In this document: piece after piece, positions 14,107 through 32,680 of the stretch
Layout: each line of letters begins with the position of its first letter
How positions within the stretch are numbered: the first letter of the stretch is position 1
Source: Piromyces finnis finn
Taxonomy: Eukaryota; Fungi; Neocallimastigomycota
Length of the DNA stretch: 64,000 nucleotides
Assembly: GCA_002104945.1 (NCBI GenBank)
Contig: MCFH01000035.1
Span: 434,001-498,000, forward strand
Direction: 5' to 3'
The notes under the pieces: model-generated
What the model was told of the DNA's origin: nothing
The model's database searches: none
Seen by the model: the letters and a program-made list of their open reading frames with translations, nothing else
Program-made: the position numbers and the translations under genes

Positions 14107-15612
14107 TTATTCGACCATTTCAGCGACTTCGAAATCTGTAATTTGAGGTAGATAGGCACATGCACTTAGTTCTAATGCATACATTTCATTAAATACATGA
14201 TGACCATCATACCCTCCAAAAATATATATACGACTATCATAAAGAACAGCAGTGTGATAACCTCTACCTGATGGTACTGTACCATACACTTTACGTGTTT
14301 CCCAATTCATTGTTACTAAATTTAATAGCAGTACCTCTCTTGAATATTTCATACCATCATGTCCACCAATAATAAAAAGATAACTACCAACTTGAGTGGA
14401 GGAATGACTTAAACGTGGAATAGGTTGATCAGCGTCAACACGTGACCAATGATTTGATTTTAAATCAAGAATATGAATATCATTGAAGCATTCATGACCG
14501 TCAGATCCACCAAATACAATCACTTTTGAACCCACTAAATTGCAAGTATGGTATCCACGTGGGGCTGGAGGTTTACCTGTTGTTTGAATATGGTTCCATG
14601 TAAAGGTATAGTCAAGAATAGAAGGTGAACCATTATTATTGGAGTTACCACCATTTTTAAAGTATTGCATACTCATTCCTTTGGTTAAAGTACTATTGTT
14701 TGAATTTGCATAGATTGAACCACGATCACTAAAGGATCCAACAACGGGACTTCTGATATCTGAATTATTATTACCATTAATAACATTGGTCATAAATCTT
14801 GGACTATTATCCACTATATTAGAAAAGTTTGCGGTAGAGATGGTATTATTTGTAAATGATGTTGATGGTGGTGTAATTGATAAGGCATAAACATCATTAA
14901 GGGCTTTAGAACCATCACCACCAGCAAAAGTATATATCATATTATTATAACTCCACATAGAGTGAGCTCTTCTTGCCCCTGGAATATCTCCATCTACTTT
15001 TGGTTTATACCATGTTAACGTATTAGTATCTAAAACATAAATGTTATTATAATAGGTTGGACCATCACCACCACCAAAAAAGTAAATATCTTCATCAATT
15101 GCTATACAAGAATGAGCTCTACATGGTGGAGGTGGTGTGCCATTTGTTTTACAATGCATCCACCAATTGGTATCTGCATCAAATACATATAAATCGTTAT
15201 AGCATACTTTATTATCACAACCACCAAAAACATAAATTTTTTCATTAATCATACACATGGTATGACCTCTTAAAGACCTTGGTGGTGCCTTACCACAGGG
15301 TTCAATTTTTTTCCAATGCATTGCTGGTGTTGGTGATAACGTTGTTGTTGTTAAATTTGGAATAGATCCTAAATTCATGTTGGGCATACTGGTTAAGGAT
15401 TGAAGTAATGATCTTGATTTAGATTTATCCATACTACTCTTTCTATCCATACTACTTTTTCTATCGTCTAATTGAGTGTTTGAGGAAGCTCTAAATATGG
15501 GTGAAGAGCCCATTGAATTTACATTTGTACCTCTTGCTAATGTAGATACTGAATTGTTTTTTCCATGTTGTGTTCCTCCAGTATCGGATGAAAATGAACG
15601 TGAATGATTCAT
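14107..15612 (-). CDS. Six-bladed Kelch-repeat beta-propeller protein (Kel1/Tea1-like propeller without a coiled-coil tail), intronless, 501 aa
   Basis: Six repeats have the Kelch GG core (IYVFGG, IYFFGGG, IYTFAGG, VIVFGG, LFIIGG, IYIFGG), each preceded by R..H and followed by a W. The N-terminus is Ser-rich and there is an Asn/Ser-rich insert between blades 3 and 4. Confidence 0.9.
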   Translation of the reverse strand: MNHSRSFSSDTGGTQHGKNNSVSTLARGTNVNSMGSSPIFRASSNTQLDDRKSSMDRKSSMDKSKSRSLLQSLTSMPNMNLGSIPNLTTTTLSPTPAMHWKKIEPCGKAPPRSLRGHTMCMINEKIYVFGGCDNKVCYNDLYVFDADTNWWMHCKTNGTPPPPCRAHSCIAIDEDIYFFGGGDGPTYYNNIYVLDTNTLTWYKPKVDGDIPGARRAHSMWSYNNMIYTFAGGDGSKALNDVYALSITPPSTSFTNNTISTANFSNIVDNSPRFMTNVINGNNNSDIRSPVVGSFSDRGSIYANSNNSTLTKGMSMQYFKNGGNSNNNGSPSILDYTFTWNHIQTTGKPPAPRGYHTCNLVGSKVIVFGGSDGHECFNDIHILDLKSNHWSRVDADQPIPRLSHSSTQVGSYLFIIGGHDGMKYSREVLLLNLVTMNWETRKVYGTVPSGRGYHTAVLYDSRIYIFGGYDGHHVFNEMYALELSACAYLPQITDFEVAEMVE

Positions 15613-17823
15613 ACTACAAAATTCGAATTTTTAATTTTCTTTTTTTTTTTTTTTATTTTTATGGATAACTATTGTATTTTGAATATTTTGAATAATAAAT
15701 AATGATTTTCTATTTTTATTTGTATATAATAATAAAATAGGATAGACTATAAAAATAAAAGTATTTTTTAAGGTGAAGATGTTAAAATTTCTTGAATATT
15801 ACGGATATATAAAAAAATAAAGTATTTTTATTTTAATTGTTCTTCCTACAAACAAAAATAAAGAATTATGAAATATTATACGTTGTCCTTTATTATTTAT
15901 AATATTATATATCTCTTTTTAGAAGAAAAGTAAAATATGTATATATATATATATGATAAATATATATAAGATATATAAATAAAAAGTTAGTATATTAATA
16001 TTTTATAGATATATTCTTTATTTAGTATTTTGACTTTAAAAATAAAGAGTATACAAAAAAGTAACTGCTTATATAAAAAGATCGACTAATTTAGTAATAT
16101 TTTTAAAAATTATAAATAATTGTTTTTATTATTCAAACAAACAAACAAAAAAAAAAACATATCATTTTTTATATTCTATTCTTTTGTATTAACCTCTGAC
16201 TACTTTTTTTTATTATTCTTATTTTATTATTGTAAACTCTAAAGTTTTTATTATTAGTAGTAGTATTATTATTAAAATATTAATTTTTATAAAATAGCCT
16301 TATTCTATATATCATCTATTTAAACTTTTTTCTTTATATTTATAATTTTCTTTTTTAACATAATAATTCTTTAGATTAATTCTTCATATTACATACACTA
16401 CAACAAGTACATTCTTCCTTTTTTTATTTAATAATTTTTTTTTATTATTTTATTTTATTATTAAAAAAATATAGAAATTTTATTATTATTAAATATATAT
16501 ATATAATTATTATTAATTAAATTTTATAATAGTAGACATTAATGTTAAAAAATAGTATAGTAATATAATTATGATTATATATATATAAATATATATTTAA
16601 TTATAATTATATTACTTTGTTTTTTTTTTTATATTAACTTTTTAACTTTAATAATATTTACAACATATCAAATACAATAGTATTAAAAAAAAAAAAAAAA
16701 AAAAAACATATAAATTATATATATATATAAAATTTTCAATAACTCTATAGAGTTATATTATTAAAATATATATAAAATGGTATGATAAATCCTTTTCCAT
16801 TTTAAAAAAGTCTTAAAAAAAATCCTTTTTTTTTAATAGATATTTAAATTATTTATAAATTAAAGTTATTTATTTTTATAAATTATAATAATAAAATAAA
16901 AAAAAAAGGCTAGTCTTACAAGATATTTATTTACTTTATTTCACAAATGTATAACCTTTAATACATCTATTAAAATGTAATGTAATATAAAGATATATAA
17001 CAAAAGGAAAATAAAAAATAAAAAAATCGTCGGAGATCATGGTAAAAAAAAAAAATAAAAAGAAACTTATTTTATGCATTAATTAAATATCTTCATTAAT
17101 TCTATACAGCATTCTTACACAAAATAATAATAATAATTATTAAAATATTTTAATTTTAAATATAAATGAAATAAAAGGAATTTTAATTCATTTTAGCACA
17201 GATAACTATATTTTTTATACCATTATAAAATAGTGTGTGTAATTAGTATAAACAAATAATTTTATTATAAACGAAAAGCATTACAATTAATTTATTTGTT
17301 ATATCAAAAATAAAAATTTCTCACTAATCATTCAATTTTATCATTTCTTTATATATATATCAAGAAAAATAAATAAAAAAGAAAAGATGTGTATTTAGAA
17401 ATAAGAATAAGATTAAAAAAAATATCAGAAGTAATCAACAAAATATCTAAAAAAAATAAAAAAATAAAATAAAATAAAAATTTTAATTTTTACCATTGTT
17501 TTTTTAAAGATTATAAACACATAAATTAAAAACTTTAATAATTAAAAATAAACAAAAATAAAATTTTGAATATATCATATATCATATACAAAAATAATTA
17601 TGTATGAAAATCTAAATAGTATATAATTTTTTAAAAAATTCTATATAATAAAAGTTTTTTTTTTTTTTCTTTCACTTTACTTATATAGAATTAAAATAAT
17701 AGTATTTTTTTAATTATTATTCATTATCTTATAAAAAAAAAAAAAGAAAGAAAAAAACGATTATTGGATTAAATAAAAATATTAATATTAAAATAAAAAC
17801 AAAAAAAAAAAAAAAGAAAGAAA

Positions 17824-22214
<4,391 letters not shown>

Positions 22215-22228
22215 ATTTAAAAAAATGA

Positions 22229-22264
<36 letters not shown>

Positions 22265-25200
22265 CTTTCTTTTTCATTATAACATTTCTTTTTATTTTTT
22301 TTAAAAAATTATCCGAGAACAATGTATGATATTTATGCAAATCTTCTCAATAGTTATAGTAATATATATATCTTTTTTATAAAAAAATAAATTTTCAAAT
22401 AGAATTATAATAAATTTTAAAAAATGTATAGTTATATATTTTATCTTGTATTAGTATATATTTAATAATTAAGCAATTATTGATGAATTAAAAGTAGAAA
22501 AAAAATAAATACTTATTTAAATATAGTTTATATGAGTTTTAGGAGCTATCCATGGTTCAAATATTTTAATTTCTATATTATATTTAACAATTTTTTTAAT
22601 AAAAAGTCATTTTTATATAATAACTAATAAAGCTATAACAACAATTTTGATATAAATATTAAGATAATTAAAAATATGTATTTCTTTTAAAATAATTAAA
22701 AAATCGCTATATCCCAAATTCTTTTCTAATATATTATATTATATATTGACTTTTATACCAGTATTTATGAATTAACATTATATCCGTTTACCAATAAATA
22801 ACGAAATTTATAGAATAACTCTTTTTCCTAAAAATTGGAATAAGTCCAATTTTTTACAAATCTATATAACCATTTAATTAAAATAGTTTTTTTTTTAGTC
22901 TCAATATTCTAATATTCTAATATTATGTAAAAAAAAAACATCTATCATTGATTATAAATCTTTTTATAATTCTACAGCTGGTGTTATAAAGATATATTAC
23001 AAAATCGTAATAATAATAAAATATATATGAATGGAAAATAATTTTCTTTTTTAAAAATATATATTTATAAGTCATGAACCATCAGCCATGAACCAATTTG
23101 CTTTTGTTCTTTTTATACTCAAAAACTCCTTTTAACATTCAATAGTAAAATAGTGTTGGCTAATAAAAGATACCTTGTATAATAATAATAATAATAAAAT
23201 AAAATAGTTGATTATATTACTTTATATATTGATTTTGATGTAATAAATAAAATTATAATTAATATTACATTTTTTATAAGCAAGTTATAAATATAAAGTC
23301 ATCTTTATAAAACTTAACCAAATGTTTTTAATAAAACCTCTTCATTACACACTTTTAAAACATGATTCATTAATTTTTTATGTGACTCTTTTTTTTTCCT
23401 ATTTTAATTTGATAAATTTATTTTTTTTTTACCACTAAAAAGTTGTTTACTTTTTTTTTTTTGGCCGCTGTTTTACCATTAAAACTTAATATAACAAAAA
23501 TTAAATATATTAATATATAAAAGTCGATTAACCCATAAATTAAATAAATTTTAAAATCCTGATTGATAATTTAATTTTATTATTTAATATAAAGTGAAAC
23601 AATAATTGGTATGAACGGTGTATATATATTATAGCATATATTTACAGTGTATTTTAAATATATATAAATATGTTATTAATTAAATTCATACACTTTATCA
23701 TTTTCATAATTTATAATCCACAGTGAAATTTTAAAAAAAAAAAAAAAGTAAAGTGCATTATTAAAATTAATAGAAATATAAAATTCAAAAGAATTAATAT
23801 TTAAAAAAAAAAACTATTTTTTTTTAGTTATAAAGGAAAAAAAAAAAAAGATTTATATAATAAAAAAAAGGCATTTCTAAATGGTTAAAAAAAAAGTTCA
23901 TTAATAAAAAAATTAAAAAATAAAGAAATTAAAATTTTGGTTACACGAATACCTTTTTAAGAAATAAATTTAAATAAAGAAAAATTTAACATTTTTTTTC
24001 TTTTTTAATTAGGAAAAGCTTTGGTGGTGATGGTGGTGGCGATGGTGCTTTGTTTAAAGTAGTTGAAAATTTTATTTTGTTTTATTTTTTATTATATCTC
24101 TTATGGATTAAGTTACTTTTTATTATTATTATTATTATTATTATTAAAAAAGTTGGATTTAATGTGTTAATTATGAAAGATATTTTTTAAAATATTAATT
24201 ATCTATTATATGAAATATGAAAATTTTAAATCATAATCTTACACCATAATTGATGATAAGAACAGTTTTTTTTTGGAATAATTCTATCAAGTTTGTTAAT
24301 TATCATAGAGTTAGTTCTATTTCATTCAAATTACCCAATAAACGAAGCTTTAAATATTATCTCTTTCAAATACTAGTATAAATTAATGATTATTTTAGTA
24401 TATTTAATGGAATAAAATAAAATGTAAAAATACTTTAAAGAAAACTTTTTAAATAAATAAACCAATTTTTCATTTATGCTATTAATAACCAAATTATATT
24501 CTATCGTAGTTGATCCTTTATTTTAAATTAATAACTTTTTATTGTTTTTAGTATCATTTTCTTCCTTCTTTTCTTATTTACTTTTCCACCACTTTACTAT
24601 CATTGAAAATGAGGTTTAAATATTTTTATTACTTTGCTTTTTATGCTTATAGTTATTTATTATTGCAAAAAAACAATCATTTCTTTTTTAATGATACTAC
24701 ATTCAAACTTCATTGTAAAGTTTTTTCCTTTCCATTATAACTTCATTGTTTTTTCTAATATCCTTAACAACTTTTCATAATTTTTAAAAATTTTGTTGAG
24801 AATTTGGTGTAACAAAATATAATTCTTTAATTACCAAATTTGGTAATTATTAAATTTTTTTAATAAATCAATTTATTTAATTATAATTATATATATTAAT
24901 AAATTATATTAAATTATAAATAATTTAAAAGGTTAGGAATTAAGAATTGGCGTTTGATGGAAACTTTAAAAAAAAAGTAAACAAATTTATTACTAAATTT
25001 ACTTTTTAATATTTGAATACAAACGAAAAAAAAAAAAAAAAGCATACGAGAGCTTTTCTATCTCATGGTATTTATAGTTTGGCTAATTTTATTTTAGTGA
25101 TTTAAATAGTTTTATGGTGAGTTTTATGAAAAAAAATTTTAAAAGATAATACAACAATAATTTTAAAAAAAAAAAGAAAATTATAATTAATGAAAATAAT

Positions 25201-26737
25201 ATAAATATTAATATTAATAATCAAAGACAATAATAATAATTATATTATATTGTAATATATATATAATGATTCATTCTTTTTAATAGATATAAAGAATGAA
25301 TTTAACTTTTTTAAAATAGTATTTAATCCATCTTTCCATAATGACTAATTTTTTGCTATTCTTTTATAAAAAGATAATTAATTATAGCAGACACATTAAT
25401 TATTCCATTATTATTCCTAGTGAAAAAAAAAAAGTTTAGTATTTTGATTGTAAACCACTCTTTTTTTTTTTTTTTACTAATAAATTTCTTTTTGTTGACT
25501 TTTTCTTTTTTTCTGCTGACGACAACAACAATAGGAATAATATTAAAATTTTTAATTAAATTATAAAGTTTCAAAAAAATTTTTTTAATTAAATTTTTTA
25601 AATTAATTTTTTAATTAAATTCTGTAATTAAACCTTATTTAATATTGAATTTTGATTTTTTTTAAAAAAAAGTTGACATTCTTTTTTTTTTAATTTTTTT
25701 TATACCACCATACACTTTAATTTGAAATATAAAACTTTATTTATTATTATTTTTGAAAAAATTGTACGACATTAAAAAATTCAATACTATAATTAATATA
25801 CTTAAAAGTACTTTTATTAAATTATGAAATCAATTATTCTATATAAAAATTCATATATAAAACAATATAAAATTGAAAAGGTTTCATCTATATAATTTAA
25901 CTTTAACAACCACTTTACATAAAATAATATGTTATATTATAATAATAGTATATATATAATATATGAATGAATAGAATTTTAATATCCATCCATTTAATAA
26001 AAAAACAGTTTGGTTGGTGGTGAGTTACAACTTTTTAATTATAAAAAAAAAAGTTTTTAAACTATAAAAAGAATGTCTTTCCCATAAATACTATAAATAC
26101 TAGTTAATTTGGTTTTTTTTTTTTTTTTTAATTAAGAAAAAAAAAAAAAAGTATTCCATTGACTGTTTCTATGTAAATTTTTTTTATTTTTATTAAAAAA
26201 AAAAAAAAAGGAATTATTATATTTTATAAATTTTATAAATTTGTTTTATAAAATATATATATATATATATTTTGTATATAGTTTTAGTGAATGAAATTTC
26301 ATTATCAAAGGATTGTAAATAATAATTAAAAAATTAATTATTATTGAATATAACTTTTAAAAAAATAAATATTTTGATATATATATATAACTCTTTGACC
26401 TACCTACACAGTAATAATAAAAAAGGAAAACTAAAGAGGAATATTTATCTCCTGTAATATAATAACATATCTGTAAATTCTTTCATAATATTTTAGTGAC
26501 ATAAAAATTTTTAAAAAAAGATAGTATATAAAAAAACACTAATTAATAACAAAAACAAAAAAGTATACAAATATTGTTATTAAGAATTTTATGTAAAAAA
26601 AAAAAAAGAAAATAATTTCAAAATAAGCACCCATCCAAATATATACTCATATATACAAATACTTTGATAAAAGATTATACTCTTTCCAAAAAATCAATAA
26701 TTTATTAAATATCAATAAACGTTAAAGTATAAAAAAA

Positions 26738-27865
26738 ATGTCAGTCTTTGTAAAAAGAAAAGGTTTTGAAGATAGTTACGATAGATTCGACCCTCTTACC
26801 GAAACTTGCCCTATCAATGGTTACAGAGGATTCTTTGATGGATTTTTTATAAGATGTAGGGATACCTTTTTATTTGTAAATATTCTTCAATTTGCTCTTG
26901 TAACTCTTATGTATTGGAACATTGGTAAAGGAAAATACTGGAAAATATTATTTTATGGATCTGTAGCTGGTTGTATTGCTAGTATATTAGAATCCGGAAC
27001 TGTTGCCTTTATCTGTAGAGAAAGTACCAAAGGTAAAACCTACTCTAATGTATTTACCTTTTTTGTTGCGGAATTTTTCTGGATTTGTAATGAATACTCC
27101 ATTCCCCTTTTAAATTTAGTTAAGATGAAAGCATTTACAAATGGAAAAGCTTCTAAAATTGTTAATCATACAGTTTTGACCATTTTCCCATTATTTGCTA
27201 TATGTAGATTCTGGATTGGTTATGTTCGTTCTAAATTTAGTGTTATTAAAATGGATGATATCGATAATACACATGGTGTGACTTTTGCTTTAATGGCCAT
27301 TGCCGATTTAGTTTGTACTATATCTATTATATACTATGTAAGAAAACATAATAAACAGGAGCTTATAAAAACTTCAAATATTACTCATTATATCGAGCGT
27401 TCAAGTTACGCTATTTTAGTATGTGTAGATGCTGTAAGTATTATACTTGCTGTATTATGTTTCATTCCAACTTACTTTTCCTCTGTTCCAAAAAGTATCC
27501 CATTACCATTACATTGTATAAAATGTGCCTTTTTATTAATTTTAGCTACAGATGCTTTACTCTTTAAATATGAAGCAAACACTAGTTCAGTTCAAAGCTC
27601 TGAAAGTTATAAATATAAAAATAGTTATGATACCTACAATTACAATAAATCTCGTAATAATTTTAGTATGGAAACTAGTAATCATAGTATTAAAAGCTTT
27701 GGACACTACGGATTTCCTAATGATAATAGTAGTTATCAAAGAAGTATAATAAAAAATTACACCACAAAACCAGCACCTATTTCAGTATTAAATGATTCTT
27801 CCAATGATAATAATACCATTCAAAGTTTTGGATTTTTATATCAACAACCACAAAATTTTAATTAA
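26738..27865 (+). CDS. Orphan 7-transmembrane (GPCR-like topology) protein, paralog A, intronless, 375 aa
   Basis: Seven hydrophobic segments, no signal peptide and a Ser/Asn/Tyr-rich C-tail. It aligns by eye end to end with 32681..33922 (e.g. NIGKGKYW, AEFFW..EYSIP.LNL.KMKAF, MAIAD..CTISI, DALLFKY). Confidence 0.85.
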   Translation: MSVFVKRKGFEDSYDRFDPLTETCPINGYRGFFDGFFIRCRDTFLFVNILQFALVTLMYWNIGKGKYWKILFYGSVAGCIASILESGTVAFICRESTKGKTYSNVFTFFVAEFFWICNEYSIPLLNLVKMKAFTNGKASKIVNHTVLTIFPLFAICRFWIGYVRSKFSVIKMDDIDNTHGVTFALMAIADLVCTISIIYYVRKHNKQELIKTSNITHYIERSSYAILVCVDAVSIILAVLCFIPTYFSSVPKSIPLPLHCIKCAFLLILATDALLFKYEANTSSVQSSESYKYKNSYDTYNYNKSRNNFSMETSNHSIKSFGHYGFPNDNSSYQRSIIKNYTTKPAPISVLNDSSNDNNTIQSFGFLYQQPQNFN

Positions 27866-28760
27866 TTTTTTTTTTTTTAAAAAAAAAAAAAACTTTTCAT
27901 TGATTTTTAATTTAAAAGAATAAACAATAATAAACAATAATAATAATAGATTAAGCCATTAAAATAGAACTTGAATTTGTAATTGAATAGAAAAAATAAA
28001 TCTTTAAAATTTAGAAAAAAAAATTATAATTTTTTTGTATAAATTAATTATATAGAAAATATAGACAAAAAAAAACAATAATAATAATTAAATTAATAAT
28101 AATAATTAAAACACCCGATAATTAAATAAATTAATACATGTATTTATTGAATAAATATAACCTATTAATGTGGAATTTTAAAAGTGTTTAATTATTCATC
28201 GGTAAAACAAAGCAAAGATGATATTTGAAAGAAGAAAAGTTTAAAATAGTGTTTATACCTATTGATAAATATTCAATTATTTTTCTTTTTTACTCATTAT
28301 TTTTAATTTTTTAGTTGATTTATGATCTAGTAGTTTAAAATAAAAAAAAAATAATTGATAGAGATTTTTTTTTTTTTTTTTTTCTAAACCATTGATTTTA
28401 GACACCTTGAACTTATCGATACAGATAAAATTGTCTAAAAAAAATTAGCCTAATGAATGTATTAAACAAAACTTTATTAACATATGTTTTTTTTTTGGTA
28501 GGATCAACTCCGAATAACCTTTTTTATAATGAGCCTAATCATATTAAACTTGTCTATCGTTTTTTTTTTTTTTTTTATATAAAGGTTTAATACGACCAAT
28601 TTCTATAATATATAAAATGTAAACGTAATTACAATACAAATTTAAAAGCCATAATGTAAATATAGAATCCATAAAATTCCAAACATATTATTGAACCATT
28701 AATCATTATTGAATAATAAATGATAAGTATTATTATAATAGTTTTAATTAATAAAAATTA

Positions 28761-29232
28761 GGGTGGTAAGGTTACTTTTAGAGAAAGAATTTATATTTTT
28801 AGGCTGATGATAAGATGAATTATGCTTATTTGTATAATAATTCGTTGAATGATACTTAGGATAATATTCAGATTGAAGGTAAAATGAATCATTCATTATT
28901 GGTGTAGGAGGTCTAGGATAACTACTATAGTAAGCATCATTAATAATAAATAGGAGGGTCTAAGATCTGGAGCTGGAACTATTGGTGATGGATCTTTAGA
29001 AAAAAGAATGATCAGCATTTTTATCTGGGATGGGACTTTTAGAAAAAGAATTATATATTTTATCAAATTCATAATCCTTAGCCACTTGACAGGCCCTTCG
29101 ATAGAAAACTATCCTTTCAATCGACGTTCCTATACCTCTTCATTACATTGATTTTTATCCAAGATTGGAAATGGAATGAGAGCAGTAGCTCTAGTCTCTA
29201 GTAGACATAACAACAGAAAAAACTTGAGGTAG
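28761..29232 (-). pseudogene. Possible degraded coding relic (Pro/Ser/Tyr-rich, internally repeated)
   Basis: A locally GC-richer block. Minus-strand frames give QVAKDYEFDKIYNSFSKSPIPDKNADHSF, SKDPSPIVPAPDLRPS and NDAYYSSYPRPPTPIMNDSFYLQSEYYPKYHSTNYYTNKHNSSYHQPKNINSFSKSNLTT, separated by frameshifts or stops. No family recognised. Confidence 0.4.
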
Positions 29233-30148
29233 TAATTTTAAAATTTTAATAAAAAGAATTAAGTATTTATTTAATAAAATTTAATTTTTATATTATATAT
29301 ATATATTTATTTATTTTTATGTTTATTTATATTATTAGTATTATTTAAAAAAAAAAAAATGTTATTTAAAAAATTTTTTTTTATAAATATGAAAACTATA
29401 AAGAAATAAAGAATTTAAAATATTTTTTTTTTTCGAGTTTAATTTTTCAATCTTAGCTTGAAAAACTCCCTAACAAATATTAAAAACTTGATAATAACCA
29501 ACTTTTCAATAACTAAAGTAAATCTACTCAACTTTAATATTTTACACTTTAGCTTATTGCCATTTATATAAATTTCTTTATATTTTATTAAAAAAAAAAA
29601 AAAAAAAAACATCAGTAACTATTTTTTGTTTAATGTATGTAAATACAAAATCTTTTTCAAATTTCAAATAACAAAAAACATATATATATATTACTAATAT
29701 AATAGGAATATATCAAAAAGGATATAAAATGAAAATACTATTTTCTAAAATGTTTATCACTTTTTTTTTATTTATATAAAACAACTATATTTTAATCTTT
29801 TTTCATAATACTTCTTAATTTACAATGAACATTTCTTAATTATTCTTTATTATTTTAATGTTTTTTTTTTTTAAAAAAGGTTTGCATTACACATCAGAGT
29901 TAAATCGTTAATAATTACAAAGAATATTGTTACCCCCTAATCTAATCAAATTTTAAATACATTTAAAATTTTTTTAAAAAAAATGTATTTACTATGATGT
30001 TTTTTTCCTCCTCATCAAAATAAAATATCAATTGAAACATAATTAACTTTTTCTTTTGTTTAATATATAATGATAAAAAAAATTATAATAATAATAATGA
30101 TAGTAACATTCATTATTTAATATTTATAATATATATAAACTGCCAAAA

Positions 30149-30180
<32 letters not shown>

Positions 30181-32680
30181 AGTGATAATTATTGTAATTA
30201 TTATTAAAATATATACAAAACTTTTTTTTTTACTTTAAACAACCTTTATTTTTTTTATTCCATTTCAAAATTTTCACACTTTTTAATTTTAATTTCCATA
30301 CAAATAATCTAATTGTTTAGTATTATATTAATAATAATAACAATTATCAATTTATAATATTTAATATTTTATAATAATTATATATATTGTTGTTGATGTG
30401 CAGTAATTATTTAATTTTTAAAGTTTAAAAAATTAGTAATTCTTTTTAAATATTAATTCATTAGTTTAGTAATAAAAAATAATAATAAAAGGGAACTTTT
30501 TTTTTTATTATTAGTTAATAGGATATAATTAATTATTAAAAAATAATTTTTACATTTTCATTGTTGCTATTATTTATTTCATTATTTATAAAAAGTATAT
30601 TGTTCATCAAAAAAAAAAAACCACTTAATTGCATAAATTGATTTTTATTATTATTATTATTATTATTTTATATGAATATTAATAAAAAATATATATTAAT
30701 AAACAATATTAAGATATAACAATGATGATTTTAATTATTATTATTATTACTATATATTACCTACTACTACTGTTATTATTATTTCGTACTAGTAAAATCC
30801 TTAATAGCATGGATCATCCATCTTTAGTATATCATATGATTCAATAATTATTATTAATTTAAAAATAATTTTTTTTTTTTTTTTTGGTAAATAGGAAAAT
30901 ATGTAAATATTATTTTTCATTTATAATTAATTAATTAAAAAAATGCATTTTTTTATTTATATTAATTTTACGTGTTACTATTTATACAAAGTCTATTTTT
31001 AGATTTAAAAATAATAAAAAAAAAAAAAAAGAATATCTTAATAAAAACGACGGTATATACTTTTTATCAACAATACAAATGATTTGAATATTTTCTTTTT
31101 TAACCAAATATTGAATTAAAAATAAAAATAGCTAATTAGAAATAATAATTTTTTTTTTTAATTCTTATTATTAATATTGAATCTAGAATAATTTTATTAA
31201 AAATTGAAATAGTTGTTTTTTTTTTTTTACTATTCTATATTTTTTTTTAAAATATATATATATATTAATATTAATAAAGTTAGAGTCATTTGTTAATTCG
31301 TACTCTTTTTGGCTTGAACTTTTTATATTATCTTATATTTTATATATATTAAAGAATATCATCATTTTTTTAAAGAAAAAAAAATGATCAGATTATTAAA
31401 ATCTCCATAAGGCTTAATTATTAATAATTTATTAAAACTATTGATATTTTAATATTATCTTTTTTTACTATTAATAATAAACATACCATATGATTTTTAA
31501 TATCTTTTTTATTTTATTTATTCATTTATTATATTATATTAAATATAAATAAAAATAATTTGTTTATTTCAATGTTATAATTAATATTTAAATTAAAAAG
31601 TGAAGTGTCTAGATGTATTTAAATATAAATATTTACACAGAAAGGATTAAACCCCATTAAAATGATCATGTTTTTTTTAATTAGGAATTTCTATTAATAA
31701 ATTTTTATTAATATAAAATTTAATAAAAAAAAAAACAAACAAAATTAATGATTTATTTATATTTACATTTTCATTTTAATAATTATTTTTTATTTTTTTT
31801 TTTTGAGAAATTCATCTTTTGTGCTTTTTGTCATAGATTAATAGATTACACAAAATCTAAATTTATAATATAAAGTATGATTTTTTCTGGACCTTGTTCA
31901 ATTTAATCGTTTATACCATTTTATAAATAAATAAATAATATATTAATGTTTTAAAAATAGTAAAAAAAAAAAAAAAATTAAAAAATTTATAATTATTTGG
32001 TTGACCTTTATAATTTTTAAAGTTTTTTTTTTTTTAAAAAAAAAATGGAGATTAAAGAAAGAAAAAATAAACTTTCTAGATTTCCAAAGTTTTGGTTTTA
32101 ATAAAATTATTAATAAATTAATGAAAGAAAGAATTGGATTGGGTCTTGTTTATATTATATGTTTATCATGATTTACTAAATAAAAAAAGTAAAAATCTTA
32201 ATAAAAATAAAATAATTTTAATTAATTTTAATATAATTAAAGAAAATGAAATAGATTTTGTCAACCCTCAAAAGGAAAAAAAAAAAAAAAAAAAGAATAT
32301 AAAAAGAAAAATAAATTCTTTTTTTTTTTTTTTACTTTTTATTTTTTATTTTTTCAATTAAAGATAGATTAATAATTATAAATCTAAATCATTCCTTCAA
32401 TCCATAAAAGTATCATAATATAATCACTTACTATCATTTTACAATAATAATAATAATAATAAAATCTATCAATAAAATTTATAAAATGATATTTTAATAA
32501 TAAATATATAATATAAAGAAAAAAGAAATATTAAATATATATACTTTTTTTTTTTTGCATCACCTAATAATCATTAATTAATTAAAAAAAGTAATCATAA
32601 ACAAAAATAATATTATAAGAAAAAAAACAATAAAAGTTTATCTGATTTATTAAAATAATATATATTAAAATAAAATAAAA

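Noticed and set aside
22520-24900. Slightly GC-richer intergenic patches that might be transposon relics
   Set aside because: Translations are stop-riddled, and I could not recognise any RT, integrase or DDE motif.
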